Shown here: one piece after another, positions 26,701 to 39,888 of the stretch
Numbering within the stretch: position 1 is the first letter of the stretch
How the letters are laid out: the number at the start of each line of letters is the position of its first letter
Source: Eledone cirrhosa
Taxonomy: Eukaryota
Direction: 5' to 3'
DNA: 64,000 nucleotides
Assembly (NCBI GenBank): GCA_964016885.1
Contig: OZ024746.1
Span: 26,412,001 to 26,476,000, forward strand
The notes under the pieces: generated by a model
Told to the model about the DNA's origin: nothing
What the model saw: the letters and a program-made list of their open reading frames with translations, nothing else
Databases searched by the model: none
Position numbers and translations under genes: made by a program

Positions 26701-28789
26701 TTTCTCTGGAAATATCAGAGGTAAACATTAATACCTGTCATACCTTGGTTACAATTTAGTTATCAAAACTACATCAAAGTTTGAAGAAATTGCAAAACAA
26801 ATATAAACAAACATGAACATTATTCAAAACTACCTCCACCACTAACATTGCTTGACAGCAATAGCAGATGGCCACAACCCCCTCTACTAATTGTAGTTTT
26901 CATAATTAGTTGTAGTTCTGTGGTTGGGTTATGAGCTCTGGCCATCGCTGGTATTTGAATCCCTAGACAGGATTTGATTTCACAACACAAATACTGAAAC
27001 AAATACCAAAAGACATTACATCTGACACAATTCCGCTATGGACTGATACTTTATTTTATCGACCCCAAAATCAACAAAAAGTAAAATTGATCTCAGCTAG
27101 ATTTGAACTCGGAGCACAGACAGCCAAGATAAATACCACAGGGATATTTAGCCAACACCCTAACTACGTGTTATCTTGTATTGTTCTTAAAATTTAGGGC
27201 CCAAGATTGTTGACCTCCTCATGATGACTCCTGGAAACAAATCACTGATCTCGATCAGGTGAACTACAACCTGAAACCAACAAATACGCTGCAAGAAGAT
27301 TATTAAAATTCCTTATAATACCTTTTCACTGGTTTCAGCCATTAGATTGTGATAATGCTGGAACAGCACATTGAGTAAAGTAAATGAACACAAACTATCA
27401 ATGTTATAAACCAGGAAGTAAAAACCAATTAATTGTATTTATTGTGTTTATATTTTCATACTGTAATAAGTATTCATTAAGTATTGTATATATTGTGTCT
27501 ATATTTTCATTCCGTAAGCATTATATTATTATAGTCATAGAAAAGTAATAAAATGTGAACATTAGTTAAAAACATTGAACATGAGTTAAAAAATATTTAA
27601 AACCAATACCCTACAATTAAATTATCTTAGCACTCAAATACTTTAACTAGTTTCGAGAAATATCGACCGCTTTCCGACAGGTTTGTCGTTGAACCTATAG
27701 CAGCAAAGACTTCTAGCTTTCTACTCGCTGCCACTGGGTTGGAGTTTGTCCCCACGCAGAAGTGAGCTAGTTGGAATGGTTATTCCAACACGTCTCCCTC
27801 GCTATCCTCCGAGTTAACACTTTCTCTATTCTGTCTGCTGGAATCTCGGAGCAGGGGTTAGTGCCTGGGGTTATGCACACCAGATATTATTCTCCCACAT
27901 TGTCCAGGCTCGTATTTTTGTCGGAGCGATAAAATAGGTTGCTGATATTTATGCTTACACACACATTTAACTACATACTATTAAGCTTTCTTCTCGATCT
28001 TCCTTCTTGTCACTAGCAACACCCTTCTCACCCGTTTAAAAAAAATATTATCAGCCTTAATCGGGACATGATGAAACTAGATTGACATACTTCCGCTAGG
28101 TTAGGTTGGACAGGTCACCAAAGACGAATCAGTACTGAAGTAGATTTACTGACTTTTCAGGTGGGCCAGGGGGCCTACCATCTCACTTATGTTCCCGGAT
28201 TGTACAAGCTGCTCGGGCGGACCGGGCACCTGCAACTCGCTTACAAAGCGCTCTCGCGCTCTACCGGGTACAGTTTATTGTCTACATTGTTTTGGCGCTG
28301 GTCCCACCAAACTAACGCTAATCTTTGGTTTAATTGATATATTTTCAGGTAGTTGTATTGTTACTATAAACATCTGTGGGATCTATCAAGGAGTAGATTT
28401 GTTTACAATAAATGCGTAAATGGTAATGATAATAATTTCTTTATAAACTACAAGTGGTTAAATTAATAATAATGATTAAATAGATTACCGTTGAGGAAGA
28501 TGTAATCCAAATATTAATTTCAGTTGATATTTGAATTTTAAAACGGATTAAATATTAGTTTCAGTTCCGGTGCAGACTTGGTAGCGCGCCAGACTAAATA
28601 CTTTGAGGTAATTTGTTGTGTTTTTTTTTCTTTTTATCTGTCTTCTAATCTTGCTTTGGTTGACACAGTAAGTAACAGTGTAATTAAAATCGATTTTAAT
28701 CTTACTCCAATTATGTGGCTTATGTCAATGTTTTCGTCAGGTTAAACATCAAGAACGATAACTCTGTTTACTTTTTTTTTTCACCTAAG

Positions 28790-29050
28790 CGATAAAAAGG
28801 AACCAACTCCGGTACTGCGGCTCGCAATGCAGAGGACGGGATGGCAAGCAAATACCGGAAGTTGTATGACCGCTTCCTCTTTAAACCGGTCGCCTTCTAG
28901 ACCTGAGACGTCCTCAGACTCGGACAGCTAACCTCCTCCGTAAAATCGGATCGATAGCAGCCCGTCTGAGGACGGAGCCCTGCAAGGTGAGGTGGCTGTT
29001 GCACTGTGTGTCGTCTGCGATAATACCTTTGCCATTTTGTCAGCGGAACG
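28790..29050 (-). promoter_or_regulatory. Putative CpG-rich promoter/first-exon region of the DFFA-like gene
   Basis: Locally CpG-rich, ETS-type ccggaagt at ~28856 and possible minus-strand donors at ~28774 and ~28090. The first coding exon has its own upstream acceptor (26706), so a non-coding exon must exist. Confidence 0.35.
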
Positions 29051-30211
29051 CAGCTGAAACACTGCTCTGACTTAGGTGTAGAGCCTATCACATTCTCCCC
29101 TTCCTCCTTTCTTTCTTTCTTTCTTTCTATAGTAGTACCTGCTTTTCCTCTCATTTATGGCATTTATAGTCCTTTTCAATACTGCTCTCTTTTTCTGTAT
29201 GTTTATATAACTTTACTACGAAATATATATTTTTTTTATTATCGTTAATAAAAGGAACTATATTTAGTTGCTGATAGTGAAGGTGCATGACTTAATGGTT
29301 AGTGCTTCGAACATGAGGTTGTGAGTTCGATTTGTAGACTGGGCTGTGTGTTCTGTCCTTGAGAAAAACCCCGTTGCTCCAGTTCTCTCAGCTGTAGAAA
29401 TGAGTGGCGACGTCACTGGTGCCAAGTTGTATCACCCTTTGCCTTTCCTTTTGACAACATCGGTGGCGTGGAGAGGGGTGACTGATATGCATGGGCGACT
29501 GCTGGTCTTCCACAAACAAATTTACCCGGACTTGTGCTTCTGAGGGGAACTTTCTAGGGGCAAATCCCATGGTCATTCATGACTGAAAGGTGTCTTTATC
29601 CTTGTGTGATGTCTTATATCAACCTCTCGGCCAGAGGTTCCCAACCTTTTTGTGTCATTGCCCACTTTCACATGAATCTGTATATTTTATATTTTAGAGT
29701 GATCATTTTAAAAATTGTTTCTGAGTTAAATTTTGCAAAGTGGAACATAATTGTTGATGGCCTTCTCAGGGTGGATGAAGAGACAGAGGCAGTGTTGAAC
29801 TTACTTGTAAGGTAAATAAGCTATAGCCTTGGGGGCCTAAGTTTTGAAAATATATTTTTATTTTATCATTAGTTTTTACTATTTAACATTAAATTATCAA
29901 AACATTATATGTGTGTGTGTGTGTGTGGCTTGTGCCAGACGCTGTGACCCCATTGGTAGAGGTCGAAACTGCCAAAGTCCACCTCAATAGCCGATGACCC
30001 TGGAGTTCTGTGTCTTTCGTTTGTATTTTTCTATATAAAAAATATAATTTTTTCACGTTTCCCCTTAAAAAATTATTCTTCGTTCGTTCTCTTGTCCATG
30101 CCAGCGTGGAAAAGTGGACGTTAAACAGTGACGATGATTATATATATATATTTATATATATATATATTAATTCAAAATATTAACAAAAATAGACATTCGT
30201 GTGATCAAGTA

Positions 30212-30278
30212 TATTTTATTATACATATTTCAGAGGTACTGAGCTATCTTCAACAGTACGTCCTCATCAGATAAAATA
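30212..30278 (-). ncRNA. Minimal type-I hammerhead ribozyme motif
   Basis: tattttat-CTGATGA-ggacgtactg[ttgaagatagct]cagtacctct-GAAA-tatgt-ATA-ataaaata; perfect 8-bp stem I. Confidence 0.75.
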
Positions 30279-30438
30279 AGATGATGCATGACATACCCTG
30301 ACATAGTAGATGGTTAAGATTCAGTCATGGTAGTGAATATGATATGACAAGACTCAATATTTATATACCTTAAGATTGTGACATGAAAAAATTAGCCGTC
30401 GAAACGGCTTGAGCTCAGCCGTCGGGGTCCTACTCGTT

Positions 30439-30471
<33 letters not shown>

Positions 30472-30506
30472 AAATTTATTTTGAAACTTTTTCTTATTTG
30501 CTAAAC

Positions 30507-30556
<50 letters not shown>

Positions 30557-30958
30557 GTTCTCTCTCAATTTATCAAATTATAAATATGTAACTATTAGCA
30601 TGCCTACTGGATATTGTTTAGAATATGTGAAAATTTATAGTAATATTTCCCCCCCCCCCTCCCTCTCTCTCAAAGAATCTATCTTTTTCCCATCTATCTA
30701 GAAATTTAACTTTTTAATGTCTATCTGTGTGTATGTCTAACGCGCTCTCTCTCTCTCTCCCTCTCTCTTTCTTTGTACATCTATCTTTCGTTATCTCGTT
30801 CTGTATCTATCTATTTATCTATCAAACTATCCATTTAACTAGCTATAATCTATACATACATTTATCTATCTATCTCTCTTGCCCGAGAACATAAATAATA
30901 GCATTGAACTCGCAACCAAACGATTGCGAATTCAACGCTCTAATCACTAAAACACGCG

Positions 30959-31027
<69 letters not shown>

Positions 31028-31106
31028 GTCCATCTATCTACATAACTGCTTGTCTCTTTATCAATCTATCTATCTATCTGTCTGTCTGTCTATCTATCTA
31101 TATAAC

Positions 31107-32043
31107 AGCCCTCTGGCAGGCGGACCCGGCGATCAGTGGAGACTCCACTTCGTCATTCTATAGAGGGTTGGTCCGCAGCAAGTGCGACGACGCGCTCGGT
31201 GAAACTCTAGGCGTAGAGGAAGATGAACTGGCCAGTCTGTTCGGTAGGACCTTCCGCCCGGGACCGATGGACAACTTCCAAAAGTCCCTGGCCTGGCAGT
31301 GCTACCGAGGAGCTCTACCAGTTCGAGACAAGCTCTACAGACATGGGCGCCCGGGCAGGGACCCTGCAAAAAAGATCTGTCCGAGGTGCGTGCGAGACGA
31401 AGAAACCGTCGCGCACGCATTCATACACTGCCCGGGCGTCACTGACCTGTGGGGCTATGTAGAACGACTATTGTCGCGGGTGGGACCAATCCAGTTGACC
31501 ACCGAGTCCATTGTCATGATCAAACCGCCACCCTCCTTCAAAAACGAAGGAGTGGCGGTTTTCCTTTGTGTGATAGCTATGGCGAAAGATGTTGTATGGT
31601 GGACAAGGTTGAAAGGGCTGAGGTCAGACACCTTTCTCTCCAGCCAACAACTGATTCTTTTTTTCAAATACCACTTTGGAAGAAGAATCAGGATGGAGAG
31701 AGAGGTGCTGTACCCCAGCAAGTTTTATGAAAGGTGGGTGAAAGTGGCGAGAATGGCCCGAGTGAATGGGCCTTCTCTCTATATCAGCCTGTAGGTTGAG
31801 GAAAAGAAGGAGGAGAGGAAAGGAGTACAAACTCTTCGTACTCCTGGAGATGAGGGTTGCACATTTTTTTTTTGGGGGGGGGGGGTATGTGTTACCCATA
31901 TAAACTGTCTCCCTCTATTGGGGAAAATCGACTAACTTTTTAAATTCCATTTGTGATAACATTTTACACGTTTTTATTGTATGTAAACTTCCCCCTTTGT
32001 ATTTGTCCCCTTCTTTTGTGCCCCTGTGGCTAATAAAGAAATA
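31107..32043 (+). mobile_element. 5'-truncated Tx1-type LINE (ORF2 C-terminus with CCHC finger plus 3' UTR)
   Basis: PGPMDNFQKSLAWQCYRGALPVRDKL..CPRC....ETVAHAFIHCP matches the 45507 ORF; ends taataaagaa; TSD tatctatataac on both sides. Confidence 0.9.
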
Positions 32044-32756
32044 TATCTATATAACTATTTATCTATCCTAATATCTGTCTGCTTCTCTGTTTTACTAGAT
32101 CTCCAGCTGTCTATCTCTCAGTATAACTATGTAGTTATGTATTTATCTGTTTTTCAATGTCTTTTAACTGTATTATCTCCCCTACTAGATATTGTTTAGA
32201 ATATTTAGAGTTATTTCCCCTAATGGACTATATAATTGTTTCTAGTTTTCGCACAAGGCCAGCAATTCATCAGTGCATGAGTGGTACTTTATTTTATCGA
32301 CTCCGTAAGGATGAAAGGCAAAGTTAACCTCGGCGGGATTTGAACTTAGAAGGGCAAGGGCCGTAACTCTATGCGTCAAAGCATGGCATCCAACCCTCTA
32401 CCGATACTGCCAATCCACTAATATATATAATGATTTCTACTATAGACACAAGGTCAACAATATTAGGGAGGGGAAAGTCGATTAAATCGACCCCAGTGCA
32501 TTACTGCTGCTTTATTTTATCGACCCCGTAAGGATGAAAGACAAAGCTAACCTCGGCGGGATTTGAACCCAGAACGTAAAGGGTTCTGGGTTCAAATCCC
32601 GCCAAGGTTAGCTTTGTAATATATAATTGTTTCTACTATTGGCAGAAGGCCAGTAATTATCCCAGTGAATTACTGGTACTTTATTTTATCGACCCCGTAA
32701 GGATGAAAGGCAAAGTTAACCTCGGCGGGTTTTGAACTCAGAATGACAAAACTTTA

Positions 32757-35019
32757 ATGCTTAGAGTGGGTAGGGATTCTAACACATGGAATGTAATCGG
32801 AAAGCATGGGATGAGAAAGTGTAACAACAATGGTATGCTCCTGCTGCAGATGGAATGGCATATTTTGGACTACGTCCAAAAGATGCCATTCCTCAGCAAG
32901 GATGGCAAGGAACCTCTCGTGACTCACAAGAAATTCTACGAAGGTGGCGAGAACACTTTGGTGAACTTTTGAATCAGCCGTCTGACGTCAATGAAGATTT
33001 CCTCAATCTCATTCCAGAAAAACCTGTGAAAGTAGCTCTCGCAGAACCACTGACGCTTGTGGAGGTTGCAGTAGCTATCTCGAAGCTGAACAGTGAAAGG
33101 TTCCCAGGTATGGATGGCATACATGCAGAGCTCCAACAATATGGTGATGAGAGACTTCTGCAGCATCTTCACTCTTTGTTTGGCAGGATATGGGCTAGTG
33201 AATCCATACCTGAGGACTGGAGAGATGCAGTAATGGTGGTCTTGTACAAGGGAAAGGGTAACAGGAATGATTGTGGGAACTACAGAGGTATATCATTGCT
33301 TTCTGTTGTAGGAAAAAATTTATGTAGGGTACTTCTGGACTGTCCGCTGACACACATTGCAGACTGTGTTCTTCCTGAAAGTCAATCTGGTTTTCGTGCT
33401 GGACGCGGCACTACTGATATGATCTTCTCAGCTAGACAGCTCCAGGAGAAGTGCATGGAACAAGGTTTGGATCTGTATCAGGTTTTTGTTGATCTGACAA
33501 AAGCTTTCGATACTGTTAACAGAAATGCATTGTGGAAGGTTCACCGAAAACTTGGTTGCCTTGATAAGTTCCTTGCTTTGGTTAGGTCTTTCCATAACGA
33601 CATGAAGGTTTGGGTTAATGTCAGAGGTAACATGTCGGAGCCTATCTCAGTAAAAAAATTGGAGTGAAACAGGGGGATATTCCAGCACCGACCCTGTTTG
33701 CCACATACTTTGCAATGGTTTTCTATATTGCATTCAGGAATTACGAGCATGGTATTTACATCTAATATCGAACCTCAGGCAGCATATTTAACATCAGGCA
33801 CTTTGGTGCAAAAACAAAAGTATTTACATTAATCATAAAAGACATCTTGAATGCAGATGATTGCGATCTTGTAGCGCACACATAGAGTGATATGCAGCAC
33901 ATTTTGAATGTATTTTATGGTGCTTGCACTGCCCTAGGATTGACTATCAGTCTCAAGAAAACCGTCGTCATGTATCAACCTGTCCCTGGTAAGCAGTACA
34001 GAGAGCCAAATATCTATATGTATGGTAAACGACTTGGAGTGGTTGATCAGTTTGTCTACCTGGGAAGCATTGTCAATCGATACAGCAGCCTTGATAATGA
34101 AATTCCACTCAGGATTAGGAAAGCAAGTGATGCTTTCAGAAAGCTAGAAAGGCGACTCTGGGGTCGGCGAGACATATGCAAGAAGGCAAAAGTAAAGCTG
34201 TACAAGGCATGTGTGCTCTCTTCTCTTCTTTATGCCCGTGAAACCTGGGTCACATATCGACACCACTTTAAACAATTGGAGCGTTTCCATCAGATGTGTC
34301 TCAGACGGATCCATGGCGTTCACTGGAGCGACCACATCAGTGATGTTGAAATTTTGGAAAGCTTTCTGTGTGACAGTATAGAAGCTCTTGTGCTTAAGCA
34401 ACGACTCCGTTGGAGTGGTCACCTTGCCAGGGTGAAGGATTCTAGAATACCAAAACAACTCTTTTATGGATAATTAGTTAAAGGAAAACGACCTCTACAT
34501 AAACCAAAAAAGAGGTATAAGGATTCGTTGAAAGACTCTAACATCTCTGCTGATACATAGGAAAGCGTAACTGCTGATCGTAATAAATAAAGAAAGCCTG
34601 TATATGAAGAGAAAGTCGCCTTTGAGGTATCTCGAATCGCATACAAGAAAGTAAAGAGGGATGTGAGGAAGGGCATTACTGTTGTATTTCCAGACAGCGA
34701 AGGTCCTCCTATGGTGCTGACATGCAGCGTCTGTGCCAGACTCTGCCTCGGCAAAGCTGGACTCGAAAGTCATCTTCGCAGTCATAAAGTGAGACCAGTG
34801 GTTGACTACCAGGCTGCTGTTGGAGATGCTACTCATCATGCCTGCCAAGCATGTGGTAGAGAATGTAAATCAGCAGAAAGGCTCAAACGACATGCAAAAG
34901 TACATGAACTCCAACCACAGCCGGCTATTCCCAGTGAATGTTTTGGTTGCCAACTCTGTGCAAGACATTTTAGATCATTGGCTGGGCTAAAAAGCCACAT
35001 TCGATCGCAGCACCGTTAA
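32757..35019 (+). mobile_element. Degenerate RTE (BovB-like) LINE with C-terminal C2H2 fingers
   Basis: NYRGISLLS, PESQSGFRAGRGTTDM, FVDLTKAFDTV, ADD, YLGS, LRWSGHLARV..RIPKQL; several stops and deletions; three CxxC..H..H motifs in 34720-35015. Confidence 0.9.
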
Positions 35020-36111
35020 TTGTTATCGTGTGTGTGTGTGTAGGTATGTATATGTGTGTGTGTGGTGTGTCCATATATATATATAAATATATTATTATTA
35101 TTATTATTGTTGTTGTTATTATTATTGTCGTTATTAGTATTTTTTTTTCGTGCAATGGCCATACTCGATAATGAGGGGACAGCCATGATCATGTATGTAA
35201 ATTAACAAAGAAAGGACAAGACAATGAAGGGAAACAAAACAAAACGAAAAACAATTTTTTAAGGGGAAACCTTAAAAAATTATTTAAAAGAAATAAATTT
35301 GCAAATGATGGACACAGAACTCCATGGTCTTCGGCCGTTGAGATGGACCTGGGCAGTTTCGATCCGTACCAACAGTAATGTTGATCCATCCGGGGTCACA
35401 GCGTCTGACATAAGCCAAATGCTGTCCAAAAGATTAAGAGACGAGAGACAAGACTTTAATTTATAGCCGTTAAGCTACAAAACACATACGATTTTATGTG
35501 AAGTTAGGGAAAGTGTCTTGTGCCTCTTATAGCACGTGAAACACGAATCAAACAAAGAAAAGAAGCAAGAAGAAGAAAATAATATGTTGTATTAGAAAAT
35601 GTAAGCCATTACAATAAATGGAGAAGAGATAAACACGTTCGTCACATTAGTAAATAAACTTAAATTAACAAAGAAAAGACAAGACAACGAACGGAAATAA
35701 AACAAAACGTAAAACAATTTTTTTAGGGGAAACCTAAAGGTTTCCCCTAAAAATATTTAAAATAAATAGATATACAAACGAAGGAACAGAACTCCATGAT
35801 CAACGGATTTGTGTCCTCGTGACACAAACAACAATAATGTGAACATGATGTAGCATATAGTACTTACACGTTTTTCTTTTGTAAGTTTGTTAGGCAAAGA
35901 AAAGTTAAAGTGAGACCTCAGTGACTTTCAATATGAATGTCATAGAGATATACTGCAACTTTACACTTACTAATAGTGTTTATAAGTTTGGAAATCCCGT
36001 AATATATTATGGTTAGTACGAATCTGAGTTAATTGCTTTCTTTGTTAGGCTGTTTAATTTAGTTTTATGATAACAATTTACTTTTGTTATGTTTAATAGA
36101 AGTGGAAACTG

Positions 36112-36165
<54 letters not shown>

Positions 36166-36376
36166 CAGTTTCCACTTCTATTAAACATAACTGTTTCTAC
36201 TTTAGGCACAAGGCCAGCAATTAACCAGTGCATTACTGGTACTTTATTTTATCGACCCCGTAAGGATGAAAGGCAAAGTCAACCTCGGCGGGATTTGAAC
36301 TCAGATCGTAAAGGGACGTAACTTCTATTAAACATAACAATATATATATATATGTGTGTGTGTGTTAAACATAACA

Positions 36377-36432
<56 letters not shown>

Positions 36433-36756
36433 GTAGATAAGGATTTCTTTATGTATATCAGGAATGAATGCTTAAACAAGAAAGCTGCTTAGTAATAAAT
36501 AATTAAGTACTGTATATGATTATATATTGTAGTCAGCATATGTAGACAATTAAATAGACACAGAAAGATATGTTAAAGCAAATAAATTCCTCATCTCCTT
36601 TACGCCGACGTTTTATTTTTATTGGTCCAATACTTGTTTATATATATATATATACATATATATGAAGTATTTCCGTAGGAAGGGTAAAGGAAAGGAGAGT
36701 GCTCTATGTATACTACAAAGTTATTTAATTATATAATGAACAACATAAGACAATTA

Positions 36757-36829
36757 TTCCATTTACAAAAGGTTTCACGAATACAGACGAGCTCAACAGA
36801 GACGTCTGAAAACGCTCATCAGAATGAAA
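36757..36829 (-). ncRNA. Type-I hammerhead ribozyme motif (inverted partner, weaker stem III)
   Basis: tttcatt-CTGATGA-gcg...cgt-GAAAC-ctttt-GTA-aatggaa on the minus strand. Confidence 0.55.
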
Positions 36830-36831
36830 AT

Positions 36832-36904
36832 TTTCATTCTGATGAGCGATTCCAGATGTCTCTGTTGAGCTCGTCCGTCTTCGTGAAACCTTTGGTAAAT
36901 GGAA
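36832..36904 (+). ncRNA. Type-I hammerhead ribozyme motif
   Basis: tttcatt-CTGATGA(36839-36845)-gcga...tcgt-GAAA(36885-36888)-cc-ttt-g-GTA-aatggaa; stem I tttcatt/aatggaa; predicted cleavage after A36897. Confidence 0.72.
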
Positions 36905-38924
36905 TAATTGTTTTATGGTGTTTATTACATAATTAAATATATATATATCCTACTTTCGCAATATTCACAATACCAGTTACAATGAGAAGGAAAGATAAAG
37001 AAACATCAAATAATCATTGATCATAAACTACTTCTCCTGTTTATTTCATAACTGAAGTATAGACAACGCGAGGATAATGGTAATTTCTTACTGGAGGTTG
37101 TAAATTATAGAGAAAATATTGGACATATGCAGCTAGGAAACTGACCGGATTTTCTCATTCAAAAGATTCTCAGTTAAAACTTACAGAAACGCCCGTTATA
37201 ATTCATTCTTCAGTCAAATATACAAGTACTAGTAACAAACTACGCCATGTGAAATGGTGTATTTATATACATCAGAGTATGTTCTAAATTCAAAATTAGT
37301 TGAGATCATCTTTGCCTTCAATAGGGATAAAATATATACCAGAATAGATGTAATCGATCAGAAAATATTTGTGATATTGTGTATATGCAAAAAGTATTAA
37401 TATTAACAATTATTATTAGGTTTGGCAGTATCGGTAGAGAGTCGGACACCATGCTTTCCAGCATAGTTACGTCCCTTTACAGTGTGAGTTCAAATCCCGC
37501 CGAGGTTTACTTTGCCTTTCATCCTTACGGGGTCGATAAAATAAAGTACCAGTAATACACTGAGTAATTGCTGGCCTTGTGCCTAAAGTAGAAACAATTA
37601 TTAGGTTACAAGATATTAACAATTATCATTAGGTTAGAAGATGTTAGATTAGTAAAACAACGAAACAATGTTTCACGTTAATTAGTTATATGTCATTAAG
37701 GATTGATTTCAAATCATCGAAAATTGACAAAATGACTTCAGTACTTCACAGATGCTGTTTATCAATTTTCGATGATTTGAAATCAATCCTTAATGACATA
37801 TAACTAATTAACTAATTATGTCAGAAGTAATTATCAGTATCATTTCTTAATTATATGACTAATGCTTAAATATTTCCTTTTAATGAAATTGTATTCAACA
37901 TGAGAATCATGCTTACACACATATATATATATATATATATATTATTTTGACTACTAAATTGTTGCAAGACTCTCTGAAGACAGGTGTACACAAGCAGTTA
38001 TGTCTTCCAAAGGTTTGGAAGGGACCAATCTGAAGAACTCCAACACGATGGGAAGACCACATAGTTATATGAATCATATTAAAATAAAAGAGAAGTGTAG
38101 AAACAAGTGATTAATTGTTTCTACTTTTGGCACAAGGCCAGCAATTATCTCAGTGCATTACTGGTACTTTATTTTATCGACCCCGTAAGGATGAAAGATA
38201 AAGTTAACCTCGGCGGGATTTGAACTCAGATCATAAAGGGCCGTAACTCTTTGTTAGTGATTAATGGTAAACATTTTGACCAGTAATATATCGTGATAGA
38301 TTTGTTGATAGATCCAAAGATACCAGTAATGAACTGTGCCATACTATTGTTATTTTCCTATAGGTAATTATTTCTATTGTAGTAACATTAACACATCAAC
38401 CAGACACTCAAGTAGTTCACTCATAGAAATATTGTACTAAGTCAAACTAAATATACGGCTTGCAAATCATAAAGAAAATTTCCCACACCTATAGACTGGA
38501 GAAAATCCCCACACATATAAATTACTATATATTATTACCTATAATAATAACTCGTGTAATACGGAGAGAGAAGAATGACTCACAATCCTCCAAAACTATT
38601 GATGATCAATTTAATCAATATTTGATCCGGCTGGATACTCAATTGAGACCAGCCGATCTCATGTATTTTACCCTACCGTCTTACTCGGGTTGCACCCAGG
38701 GTACCCTGCCAGTTGGTTTTGTCCGTCAAATCTGTCCATTGATTCATTCTTCAGACATTCTAACCACATGCGCGTAATATAAAATATAACCTCTTTAATA
38801 TTCTATATTTACTAAATGATAATTGTTTACTTTCAGTTATGTTTCAGCGTTTATGGAAATTGACATATATTTTACTATTACTATGACAGTGTGATGCTGT
38901 GTAGGAGGTCACATGTATTGTAAC

Positions 38925-39460
38925 ACTTCCGTCTTATGTTTCATAATGAAAGTGTGGAATATCCCAAGAATTGTGGTATTTTCTCAGCGGAAGTTATGGA
39001 ATATGAAAAAGAAAAGAAAAAAAACATCAAAAATACACAATAAATTAAACGTGAATTTCTTTATCAGAAGAGATTGAAAATATTACAATATGAAAAACAC
39101 AAATCTTTTAACATAAATAGCATTTACTTCTTAGCATCAAAATCTTTGTTGGAAGTTTTGGCTCTGAGAGAAACATAATATATATAAAACCAAGATTTGT
39201 GTTTGTGTGTGATTCTAAATGTTTAAGTGACACTTTAATAAATATTTCCCATCAATGAAATAAAGTAAAATAGACTTTTGACCTAAAATTAAGATTTAAA
39301 AAATTCGTCATTACTACACTAATATCTCTCTCCTTTTCCCTCCACTTACACACCCTCCATCCTACATATTACTTTTTCTCTCTCTCATTGGTTTTTCCAA
39401 ATATATGTTTCAGTGGTAAGTATATAAAGTCACATTATAATTCTAATGTCTATCATTTAT
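38925..39460 (+). promoter_or_regulatory. Putative promoter of the cytokine-like gene: ETS, C/EBP-like and NF-kB motifs, TATA box and Inr
   Basis: acttccg 38925-38931; tttcataat 38939-38947; GGAATATCCC 38956-38965 (kB consensus on the minus strand); cggaagt 38988-38994; TATATAAAG 39421-39429; Inr-like tcattt at ~39453-39458. Confidence 0.5.
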
Positions 39461-39545
39461 TAATTGTATTCAAAAGAGTACAAGCAAATTTACTGACGTC
39501 TCACATTAACTTATATTTCCTCTAACAAATTTATAAAAGATCAAC

Positions 39546-39621
39546 ATGTGTAAGTAGAATATTCTATGTTATAGTCACTGTAATATTGCTGTTTGAGTTG
39601 TCACAAGTATATATATATATA

Positions 39622-39703
<82 letters not shown>

Positions 39704-39827
39704 TATATATATGTATATATATAGGAGAAAATATGACCCCGACGGCAGAGCTCAAGCCGTTTCGACGGCTAAGTATTGAGTACTCTGGTGCGTTATGGTC
39801 CATCTGGTTCCTTACCACAACTCCTTC

Positions 39828-39888
<61 letters not shown>

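Noticed and set aside
27982-28088. Possible first coding exon of the DFFA-like gene
   Set aside because: Both minus-strand ATGs hit stops quickly; the true CIDE-N start is at 26700.
30904-31106. N-terminal extension of the 296-aa ORF
   Set aside because: Microsatellite read-through upstream of a 5'-truncated LINE bounded by a TSD.
39409-39420. Alternative first exons for the cytokine-like gene (atgtttcagtg|gtaagt; also 40271-40305)
   Set aside because: Wrong phase for exon 2 (they produce stops) and the ATG is not conserved in the paralog; ATGT|gtaagt at 39546 fits and is conserved.
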